From Octopus sinensis (lineage: Eukaryota), in assembly GCF_006345805.1 (NCBI RefSeq), contig NC_043013.1, forward strand, positions 50,282,001-50,346,000: DNA of 64,000 nucleotides, read 5' to 3'. Position numbers and translations under genes: made by a program. Below are positions 53,288 through 64,000 of this stretch, piece by piece (the first letter of the stretch is position 1; the number at the start of each line of letters is the position of its first letter). Below the pieces are notes generated by a model that was not told where the DNA came from, did no database searches, and saw nothing but the letters and a program-made list of their open reading frames with translations.

Positions 53288-53459
53288 ATATAATTATAAT
53301 CATTTTCTGAATCACTTTCATTCGGACAAGAATCGGTCACACCTTCACTTGTAGACGCGATCACCGATTCACAAGCACTCGTAGACGGACTTGTAGATTT
53401 CTTACTAAAAACAAGCTTAGAGGTGTTTGCCTACTACTACTACTACCAGCGCCGCTGTG

Positions 53460-53516
<57 letters not shown>

Positions 53517-53580
53517 GCTACTGCTGCTGCTGCTGCTGCTGCTGCTTTTTGTAAGTTAAGTAGAAAAGTTAGCGGCTTAC

Positions 53581-53659
53581 TTTCTCTCGCAACAAGAAGG
53601 CTGAGCACTGCAGTGGTACTCCGAGTAGTTTGTGTGGGTTCCACGTCAAGGAGTTGGCT
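53581..53659 (-). CDS. Gad1: GAD exon with PLP-binding lysine (79 nt)
   Basis: Polypyrimidine tract plus cag acceptor, gtaagc donor. Encodes [26 protein letters not shown] (NPHK motif). Confidence 0.96.
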
Positions 53660-54989
53660 CTGCGCAGGAAGAGAAAGAAACAAACAACAAACATAAAAAA
53701 TGAAGATGACATCTGTCGCCTGAAACAACTTTAATGAATGAAAGTGACATAGAACCGTTTCTACGTTTGCGGTACCGTGTTAATCGGGGTGGATAGAGTA
53801 CTCAGTCAAGTACTTCGTACTACGATCTGTGTGTGTGTATTTATGCACCAAGCACCTATAGGAGAGGGTCTCTCAAGGGGGCTGATGCAGAATCTAGATG
53901 ACGGAGATTCCGAATATGCAAAATTTTAAATTCAATAAGCATATAGATATGTGTATAAAGAAATAGATAAACATGAATGCCTTTCTGGGGCTAAAAACAA
54001 CAGTAACACCGTCCTCTATAAGACCGCCACATTTAGTTGACAAATATATTTTATGAATAAGCGGACATGGATAAATAGACAGACAGACAAATATATAAAT
54101 GGAAGAAAAATTTCAAAATTTAAAATTGGGGGAGGGAGTGAAATTTGAACCCCTTATTAAACTTTATAACATTAATTATTGAACATTAATGTTTGTTTCT
54201 CATAAAATAGAGTATATCTAATTTATATTAGATTATTATTCACAATTATTTAAGGCAAACACAAGTAAAACGCAAATTATTTTCATCTCAATGTTTTTGT
54301 TTATATTTAATTTCGATTTACATATGTTTGTCAATTCGCTAAATCTCTTTAAAGTAAACAAAATCAGTTCAAAGTCTCCCTTGACCACAAGTGGCCTGAA
54401 CTCTTTACATGAACACTACCCTGTACATAACTCCATGTCCCCCTACATGGCCTTGCTTTTTGAGCCAAAAAATTAACTAACTAAATCAAGATTTTAAATT
54501 GAGCGGAGGAGGGTGAAATTAGGAAAAAGATTCTTTTCTGCATATTCGTAATCTCCGACATCTAAAACGTAGGAATCCGAAAAAAGTTTTCCCAAGAAAT
54601 ACATTTTTCAAGGAGAGGTGCGATTCTGCAATAGCGCCCTCTCAACCGTTTTAAGTTGGTTATAAAGATTACCATTTGATATTAATACCAATTCCGTCGC
54701 TAGTAATTAATTTGTTAGTGTTTAATTACGTGAACGCAACGTGGCTGAATTATTAAGATGTTTGCTTTGCAGCCACGAAGTCGGAGGTTCGATCCTATTA
54801 CATAGACATAGATGGTTTGTGGAGGGGAAAAAATAACGATGGCTAGAAACAAGAAACCGGCTGTTTAAGGGTTACATATGGTCCACTCTATTTATCATAA
54901 AGTGCAGTTTCCCCCATTTTCAGCTGAGTAATCTAGAACTGTTATTGTATTCTTCAGGCTCAGTTAAAGTTGAGGGTGAGGCAAGAGAG

Positions 54990-55223
54990 GGAAGTCGAGC
55001 TGGCAGAAACGTTAGCACGCCGGGCGAAATGCTTAGCGGTATTTCGTCTGTCTTTACGTTCTGAGTTCAAATTCCGCCGAGGTCGACTTTGCTTTTCATC
55101 CTTTCGGGGTCGATAAATTAAGTACCAGTTACGCACTGGGGTCGATGTAATCGACTTAATCCGTTTGTCTGTCCTTGTTTGTCCCTTCTATGTTTAGCCC
55201 CTTGTGGGCAATAAAGAAATAAG
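54990..55223 (+). mobile_element. Full-length SINE with ~15-bp TSD (aagagagggaagtcg)
   Basis: The direct repeat overlaps both ends; B-box gagttcaaattcc. Confidence 0.85.
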
Positions 55224-55355
55224 AGAGGGAAGTCGGGGCCTTTAGCAAATCTTATGGAATGTCTTTAAAACTGTCTTATTTAGTCTGCTCCGAAGCTTCA
55301 ATTTTTGTTTGTAGAAAATTTCGCTTGTAGAATGACAACAGCGAGAGACTTTAGT

Positions 55356-55392
<37 letters not shown>

Positions 55393-56196
55393 GAAGACAG
55401 TTTGGTTTTTAGAGATAGACAGCCAAAACGTGAGTGAGGGCTGGAGCGAGAGAGACCTGCACCAGCGCGAACGTTAGAATCGCTGAGTCAAAAGAGAGCT
55501 AAGAACATGTCCAGGTGGGGGCTGAGGTCGGTGGGTGACCAGGATTGATAGCTTATATAATGAGGAAACGCTTACGTAGCTTCTTTATAATCCAGTGCAT
55601 CAAAGGGATAACAATAGATTAGGGGTTAAGGAACTTCTGTATAATTGCTTTTAACACAGATGCAAGACCAAAAGTGTGTAGATAGGAGGAAAGGCAAATC
55701 GTAGGACTTGTTTTATCGATTCTAGAAGGATAAAATATATAGGTAACTTCAATAGGATTGAATCTTGGAATATAAACAATTGGAACAACCATCAAGGAAT
55801 TTACTTTGGTCCTTTAACCATCGACCTAAGGATATCATCATCATCGTTTAATGTCCGCTTTCCATACTAGCATGTGTTGGACGATTTGGCTGAGGTCTGG
55901 CGAACCAGATGGCTGCACCAGACTCCAATCTGATCTGGCAGGGTTTCTACAGCTGGATGCCCTTCCTAACGCCAACCACTCCGAGAGTGTAGTGGGTGTT
56001 TTTACGTGCCACCGGCACGAGGGCCAGTCAGGCAGTACTGGCAACGGCCACGCTCAAATGGTGCTGTAATTTGATTAATTATGTTACAGCTTCTCGTACC
56101 CAGCTCAAAATAGTTATTGCATATATCGGATAGAATAGTTGTTTTATTGTTGTTTTTTTAGAAAATCCTTAAAACGGAAAGTAGCTTCTACATTAC

Positions 56197-56261
56197 CTTT
56201 CAATTCCGTTCAACAAATGTCGATGTTTCTTGGACATAAGTACTGAACCACCCCATGCTCC
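56197..56261 (-). CDS. Gad1: GAD exon (65 nt)
   Basis: tttttgcag acceptor, gtaatg donor. Encodes GAWGGSVLMSKKHRHLLNGIE(R) and is in frame with both neighbours. Confidence 0.95.
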
Positions 56262-56345
56262 CTGCAAAAAGAAGTAATATTACAAATAAGTTACATAGAC
56301 ACAAGCTCCCCCCACACATACACACAACACACATGCATGTACATA

Positions 56346-56921
56346 CACAGGCATGCAAGAAGTAAATAGACACCTTTAATTTTCAAAATTTCTGATCTAA
56401 GCGTCTTAATGTTTTCAGCAGTGTAGAATTTAGAATGTAATTATTCTTTTTCATTCCAAGTGCTATTATATTAAACACTTGCGAAGAATAACCATGCCAC
56501 GCACAAAAAAAAAATTCAGCAGAACTGTCAGATTTTCAAAGAGCTTGTATTGTTGGGCAATCTGAGGCTGGTCTTAGCCAGCGAAAAATTGCCGAAAATC
56601 TTCAAATTCTTCTTGCTACTGTTAATAGAATTATAGTGCAATTCAAAAGCCAAGGAAAAGAATTAACAGATTCTCGTTCCGGCCAACCTGGGCCCTCGGA
56701 AAGAAAGCTTCGCTATTTGAAGAGAATTGTGGGAAACGAACCTCGTTCGAAGGCTTCTGACATTGCAAAACAGCTAGAAGTTAGTCCAAAAACGTGTGTT
56801 CTTGTATCTGTATAAGCCTGATTATGGACGAGCAGCTAGGAAAACCTCTCCTTCAACCAATTAATATCAAATAAAAGATTTTGAAAATTAAAGGTGTATA
56901 TTTACTTCCTGCATATTTGTG
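56346..56921 (+). mobile_element. Internally deleted Tc1-like transposon
   Basis: TA|cacaggcatgcaagaagtaaatagacacctttaattttcaaaat ... attttgaaaattaaaggtgtatatttacttcctgcatatttgtg|TA. From ATG 56494: ELSDFQRACIVG..EAGLSQRKIAENL...TVNRII..FK..G....SRSG.PG (paired-like HTH). Confidence 0.85.
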
Positions 56922-57479
56922 TATACTCACACAATCAGATGCCAGAAAAGAGATACCGTATTTAGTCCGTATAGAGGAGTGCAGATTCAGGAAAAAGGTT
57001 TTCAAAGATTTAAACATGTAATATAGGCCCAACTTTGCATGTAGGCAATTTCTGAGGCAATATTTTTGGGGAAAAAAAGTGGGTTTCATATGCCATAAAA
57101 TACGTAAATACAAGAAATCTATTGTCTTGTGGTTCCTCTATCTCAGTCCTTCTCAAAGAGAGCTAAATGGCTCTCAATGCCCTTCTGGAATTTGAAGAGA
57201 GCGACAGTCTGTTTATCGGTTTGTGTTGGGGAGATCAATTGAAGAAATTTAAAATTGTTTCACAGGGGCTCCATGGGGCCTGAAAAAAATTCCTAAGGTA
57301 ATCATGACCAAAGATGGTCGACAATTGCTGCCCAGGGTTATAGGTCCAACCACCATTTTGCAGTAAGATTTATTGCTTCCAAATTGTCATTTGCTTAATT
57401 TGGACTAGAATCTTCAATAATTTCATCGCAAACAGATTGATGTGTCCCCAAAACATATAGCTGTGCTTTGCAATTATCC

Positions 57480-57825
57480 TGATGTGATGTGTTCTGTAAA
57501 TACACTAACGTGGTCTATAAATACACTAATGTGTTTTGTAAATGCTCTGTGTTTTACTGAACACACTAGTGTGTTCTGTAAACATAATGATGTATTCTCT
57601 GAGTATATTGTCTTCTTCTGTAAACATTTTGATGCGTTCTGTGAACACATTATATCTTCCGTAAACTTAGAGATCTGTTTTGCGGATATATTGGTTTGAT
57701 CTCTAAACACATCGATCTGTTCTATTAATTACAGTGTGTTCAATAAACACATAAATATGTTCTGCAAACACGCTGATGTGCTATGCTCTGTAAACACATC
57801 AATGTGTTCTCTAAACACACTGGTG
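57480..57825. repeat. Degenerate ~21-bp minisatellite (gtgttctgtaaacacactaat)n
   Basis: More than a dozen recognisable units. Confidence 0.8.
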
Positions 57826-58517
57826 AGAGACTTTGCTCGTTAGATCGTAAGGACATAACAGATGGTAATCTCTTCATGTCTACCCGGTTGAGCACTTTCC
57901 CGTCAAACATAGCTATTGGAAGAAATTAGTACCACATTAAAAGCTTCCCAAACTCTTGTATAAATCGTTGTAGTATTAGTAGTAGTTGTGGGGGTAGTAG
58001 TCATTGTCATCGTCGTTGTAGTTATAGTAGTAGTTGTGGTGGTGGTGGTAGTCGATGCTGTTGTTTAGCCCCAGGCCAACCTTAATCCAGTGACCAAAGG
58101 TTTCCTGGCTGCCACTATTCCTCTTTTTGTCTGTCTACAACTCTTTTGTCTAAAGTAGTTTCTTTTAAAGACAATAGTATAATTTGATGGAATTTGGTTG
58201 CTATTTTTAGCAGGTAGATCGACCTAACAGAAACTCACTAACTCAGTCTACCGTACATGGACTCTGTTGTTTGTTGTTGTTGTTTAACCGCAAGTCAGGT
58301 TATTTGTACACCCCCATGTTGAAATATGTTCAATCTGAGACTACCATAAGGCAGCGTATCTAAGACCAGAGTGACAGAGAAATTTTGCCAGGGGCGGAAC
58401 AAGAAGTCTTTCTACTTTGTCCGAAGCATTCAGTACAGGGCTCTAAAAAAGGGTTGCAGGGGCCGCTGCTCTACCTTCTCTGTTTAAATGATCTAACAAA
58501 AAAATGAAGCTACTTAC

Positions 58518-58689
58518 ATCAACATGGAGCCAGACATTGTGACGCTCGCACACATCTGCAATGTCATTAACAGGGTCGAATGCTCCGAGTATCGTCGTTC
58601 CACAAGTGGCATTCACAAAGAACGGTAATTTGCCGCCAATCTTCGCGGCGATTATTTTTTCTTCAAGTTCAGCCACTTTCATTTTTCCT
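58518..58689 (-). CDS. Gad1: Glutamate decarboxylase, first coding exon visible in window (172 nt)
   Basis: Acceptor tttcag, donor gtaagt. Encodes (R)[57 protein letters not shown], the group II PLP-decarboxylase GTT..GAFDP..HVD block. Confidence 0.95.
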
Positions 58690-59329
58690 CTGAAACGTGA
58701 AATTAAGACTACATGAAAAATAAACACACACACACACACACACACACACCACACACACACTAGTAGACTGCAATTAGCTATTTTAGGCTGATCCAGTCAC
58801 CTGTTACTCTGGAGTTTTCCTCGACGTGTTGCGGGTTCCTTAGACAGAGGAGTCTGAGGAAGCCTTCCTCTGGGTAACTAGCAACACGGTAAGACACCAG
58901 AATAACACGCTACTGAAACAAACCAAATAAACTAAACATACAAACACATACAAGCGAATATATATATTAATTTATAAGATTAAGTTTGTAGCTGATTTAC
59001 CTAATGAGAAAGAACTCTGAATATACCACCTTAAAGTTACGTAATATGCCTTCGGTGCTTCTTTTGAAACACGTGTAGTGCCTTTTTCATGTCTTTCATT
59101 CACTGATTTATTTATCGCAGAATGAGCAACTTTTGTTGCTGTATTCCAGAGACTTTTAGTTGTAGTCGAAATTTCTGCTTAATTTTGAGATGGGACCAAG
59201 AGTATTGGATACACTGATTAATAAACTTTATTGATGAAATTATCGTTTCCTCTAGAGTTATCTCTACAAGATATGTTAGAGGCTATTAAACTGCTTTTAT
59301 TTACCACGAACATTTTGGATCTCACTACT

Positions 59330-59750
59330 TTATACATACATACATACATACATACATACATACATTCATACATACACACACATTCATACATACACACATA
59401 CATACATACATACACACATACATACATACATTCATACACACATACATACATACATACATACATACATACATACACACACATACATACATACATACATACA
59501 TACACACACACATACATACATACATACACACACATACATACACACACATACATACATACATACACACACACATACATACATACATACATACACACACATA
59601 CATACACGCATACATACACATGCATACATACACACATACATACATACATACATACACACACACATACATACATTTATACATACATACACACACATACATA
59701 CAAAAATACATACATACATACATACATACATACATACATACATACATACC
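59330..59750. repeat. (CATA)n/(CA)n compound microsatellite
   Basis: Read directly. Confidence 0.95.
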
Positions 59751-60004
59751 GGGTGTCCCAGAAGTCGCGCACCATTCTGGTTTTCATCAAAAATAATTCA
59801 CGCAATTCATTTTACTTTTATAACTGATGCATTTTTTATTACCGCGGCTGCCCAATTTGAGCATTTGTTATGATTATTTCCAAAAAGTGTTTTTGAAGTC
59901 AATAAGGGTGTATTATTTTTATAACACCAGGGTGGTGTATGTATGTCATATTTTCCGTTTGTTTGTTTTTTTTTATTTAATCCTGAATATCTATCTATCC
60001 ATCC

Positions 60005-60084
<80 letters not shown>

Positions 60085-60087
60085 GTG

Positions 60088-60164
<77 letters not shown>

Positions 60165-60165
<1 letters not shown>

Positions 60166-61203
60166 GGGGATTAGTGGAGGGGAGGTACGACGACGAGCTC
60201 GGGGCGAACCTGGACGTCGACGAGGAGTACCTGACCCGCCTGTTCGGGACGACTTTCGAGCCAGGGCCCATGGACAACTTCCAGAGATCCCTGGCCTGGC
60301 AGTGCTACCAAGAAGCGCTACCCGTTCGGGATAAGCTCTACAGACACGGCTCGAGAAACACGGGGCCGACCTGCCCGAGATGCGGTCAGAGCGACGAAAC
60401 CGTTCTGTACGCACTCGTGCAATGTCCAACAATTTCCGACCTGTGGGCTTGTGTCGAACGACTGCTGTCACGTGTGGGACGAGTCGGTTTATCAGCTGAG
60501 TCTATCGTCAATATTGTCACGCCTCCTTCCTTCAAACGGGAAGGAAGAGCTATTTTCCTCATCCTTGTGACTATGGCGAAAGAATGTATCTGGTGGACGC
60601 GTCTGAAAGGATTGGAGACAGACACTTTCCTCTCTGGTCAATCTCTCATCAACTTCTTCAAGTACCACTTGAAAAGGAAAGCGAGAGTAGAGAGGCAAGT
60701 TTTGTGTAGCGAATGTTTTAAAAAAAGATGGGTGAATGTAGCAAGGATGGCACGTATGAATGACGAAGCCACCTTGAGCATAATCCTATGAACCCAGAAA
60801 TTGAAAACAGAGGGTACCACTTGCAAACAAATGTGTGGTAACATATAACAATATTGACCAAGGTTACCGTGGTTTTCGTAGGCTTTTCTTCCCACGGATA
60901 AACCTTACTTGCTTTCTCCTTTACACCATACATCATGACACTGTGATACACGATCCCTATTGAACGTTTTTTTCCTCTTCCCCTTTTTTTCCCTCTTTTT
61001 TCTTCTTTTTTCATTTTTCTTTTCTTTTGTTCCTTTTCCCTTTTTTTCTTTTTTTCTTTTTCCTTTTTTTTCCTTTTACGATCCCTTTTGATCGAAAACC
61101 TACGCCACCTTTTTTTTTCTTTTTTCTTTCATGCCCCAAAAGAAAAGCTCTACCTTGTAACTTGTCCCATCTGTGTGTAGCCCCGTGTGGCCAATAAAGA
61201 AAC

Positions 61204-61204
<1 letters not shown>
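60165..61204 (+). mobile_element. Tx1-like LINE copy D, 5'-truncated, with a variant 3' UTR
   Basis: [12 protein letters not shown]...[12 protein letters not shown]...ATLSIIL*. (TATC)n on both flanks. Confidence 0.93.
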
Positions 61205-61275
<71 letters not shown>

Positions 61276-61288
61276 ATATCTATCTATA

Positions 61289-61346
<58 letters not shown>

Positions 61347-61839
61347 GGGAGAGTTTACGAAAACAACAAAAGACGAAGACAGGTGGTGTACAAAACAAAC
61401 AGATGTATTTGTATAACGCGCAGAAATAGAAAAAGTTTTTTACATTTCGAGCCTACATAGCGGCTCAGCAAAAAAAAAAAATAGACCGATGAAATAAGTA
61501 CTAGGCTTACAAAGAATAAGTCCTGGCGTCGATTTGATCGACTAAAGGCAGTGCTCCAGCATGGCCACAGTCACATGACTGAAACAAGTAAAAGAGTAAA
61601 AGAGTAAAGAGTATATATACATATATATTCTCTACACCAGGGGCATTCTTAACACAAGGGTCATTAATGGAACCATTTCGTCACTATCTTCCCGAGTTGT
61701 GTATATTTTACAGTTCTCATATGCGTCTTTGCACCAGCAGATGATGACTTACTATTTGCATCAATTATATTTAGAAAGAAAAAACGCAGTTTATTTGTCC
61801 CTAGTCTTGAATGTCAGAAACTGCTGTGTGTGCGAGCTA

Positions 61840-62243
61840 AGGCGGCGAGCGGGCAGAAACGTTAGCACGCCGGCGAAATGCTTAGGGGTATTTCGTCTGC
61901 CGCTTCGTTGTGAGTTCAAATTCCGCCGAGGTCGACTTTGCCTTTTATCCTTTCGGGGTCGATAAATTAAGTACCAGTTACGCACTGGGGTTTATGTAAT
62001 CGACTTAATCCCCTTGTCTGTCCCCTCTATGTTTAGCCCCTTGTGGGTAGTAAAGAAATAGGTATTTCGCCTGCCGCTACGTTCTGAGTTCAAATTCCGC
62101 CGAGGTCGACTTTGCCTTTCATCCTTTCGGGGTCGATAAATTAAGTACCAGTTATGTACTGAGGTCAATGTAATCGATTTAATCCGTTTGTCTGTCCTTG
62201 TTTGTTCCCTTTATGTTTAGCCCCTTGTGGGCAATAAAGAAAT
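61840..62243 (+). mobile_element. Dimeric SINE (ggcgagctggcagaa family)
   Basis: Same two-monomer layout as 52450-52850. Confidence 0.78.
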
Positions 62244-64000
62244 ACGAAACTGCTTTGTGTGTGTTTGTGTGTGTGTTTTTTTAATATAATACTTTTCACA
62301 AACTTTCGCTATCGAAGCACCAGCCTTAAAATTATTCATAAGTTCCAGTTTCTGGCATATTGATAGGGTTACCATCTTCTTTGCGATTATCATCGCCCTC
62401 GAAAGTCTGATTTGATATACAAAGCTGAAAGATGCTTAATCTACGAACTGTCAATGAAAATTGCTGCTCAACACAAATTGTGTTACGTGTGAAGTTTATT
62501 GTGTATCACGGTTTGCAGACTGCAGTATGTCAGGTGATGCTCCTATTAATCTAGATTAAGTATTACGCAAGAATAAACGCTCAAATTTTAAACTAGTTTA
62601 ACTTGATTTAATCTTTGTGTATTAGTGTATACTGGTGTGTATTATTAGATTTGAAAACAAATTACAACCAGATTATATGAGATTACTGCAAGGAGAGAGT
62701 TTAATATCAAGAATATCAATTTTAGTCGATGCATTATATGTACAACTTGTCTCCGCAAAATCGCAGTGTATATTGAAAGGGAGTGAGAAAGCGAATAAGA
62801 TAGAATAAGTCTTATATAAGTAGCACGCTGAATATAAGAAGAAAAGCACTATGGAGAATAGAGTGTGTGAATGGAGCCGAATAATAAACAAATTAAGAAG
62901 CCAGGTACTTTCCGGGTGTGCGAAGCTGTAAAAAAAAAAAAACAGGGCATATTTCTTAGAGGGGGGTTAGGGTAAAAGTGAATAATAAACAGGATGTGTG
63001 CAAAAGAAATGCGCGCATTCGGTTTTAATTTTTATCAGCCTCCCATTATATCGCCATCCCACCAGCATGTATCATGATATAATTAACCAACCATGAGGTG
63101 TGCAGTGCTATCTGAGAACAAAGTGTTTTAGTATGCCATGGCAAGAGACAGAAGAGTTAGTTTTCCCATTATTATCTCTGATATTACTGAGTAGGTGCAG
63201 TAGCTAGCCTATCGACATTAAGTATGATCCATAGATTGCTATTTTAATCAAACACTGTTTCACTTGCGTACACCGAATTTTTATTCAGCTTGACGGCTTT
63301 TTGCAACATCAGTGAATGCCTTATTCACTTTTCCCAGTATTGCAGTCGACGAATTCTTGTCAGAACATGTGAATGGCTGCTGGTCCGTGCCATTGAAAAG
63401 ACCCCAAAAGGCCGAAATACATCTGATGTTCTTGCTGGTTGCTGCTGGTATGAATTTTCGTGGCCCGACTTAACACGATTTCCTTGTAGTTTGGGTGATT
63501 TTAACGGAGTCCACACTATTGCAAGCATTCGGGCCAAATTTCCGGTTCCAGGATATCTTCCTCTCTCCCTGCTCCCATAAATCTCGAAAGCCCTGTAACA
63601 ATGGTGTAGCAGGTGTGTGCCACCCGGGGATGCTCTTGAGTTTGCCATCCTCCGTTTACAAGCCCCCAAGCCTATACAAGGTTGTACAACAGGCCCAAAG
63701 GCATCACTCAGGATGGGTCGCCCCTTCACCCCTCATAACGTGATGGGTATTGCCTTCCCTTCTTAACAATAAAAAAAGAATGGCGTCCATTCTATTTATT
63801 TTGTTATCTTTTATTTACCTCGTTCATTGGACTGCGGCCATTTTGGGGCTCCACTTTGAAAGGTTTAGTCAAGCACCTCGACTCCACTATCTGTAATGGT
63901 CTCTTTTGCTGAATTGTTAAGTTACGAGGGGCGTAAAGAAATACCGGTTGCGAAGCGATGATGAGGAACAAACGCAAACATACACGCACGTATATACACA

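Noticed and set aside
58690-64000. Expected upstream GAD exon (HYS..K....G.G..N)
   Set aside because: I scanned by eye and did not find it. The gag/acttac site near 61748 does not give a matching frame, so the 5' exons probably lie beyond the window.

Overview
AT-rich, microsatellite-saturated metazoan genomic DNA. The SINE, MITE and microsatellite landscape looks like octopus; this is an inference and was not searched. One host gene is clearly supported: the 3' eight coding exons of a glutamate decarboxylase (GAD) on the minus strand (58689 down to 29341). All have GT-AG junctions and splice into one open frame of 277 aa plus stop, including the PLP-lysine motif NPHK. The 5' exons were not found in the window. 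The rest is mostly mobile DNA: four young Tx1/L1-clade LINEs (one full length), three older Tx1 fragments, a decayed Penelope-like element, an R4/Dong-like fragment, a CR1 tail, Helitron-type elements, Tc1/mariner and hAT derivatives, MITEs, foldbacks and several tRNA-SINE families. Most notable: (i) all four young Tx1 copies sit in (TATC)n arrays in the same polarity, including at three different 5' truncation points, which suggests a GATA-microsatellite-targeting retrotransposon; (ii) a second, RLE-type retroelement sits in (TAA)n; (iii) a tRNA-headed SINE carries a minimal type-I hammerhead ribozyme motif; (iv) a 470-bp palindrome is centred on half a hammerhead. Coordinates were counted by hand, and repeat boundaries are approximate. 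Many indels look like long-read assembly errors.
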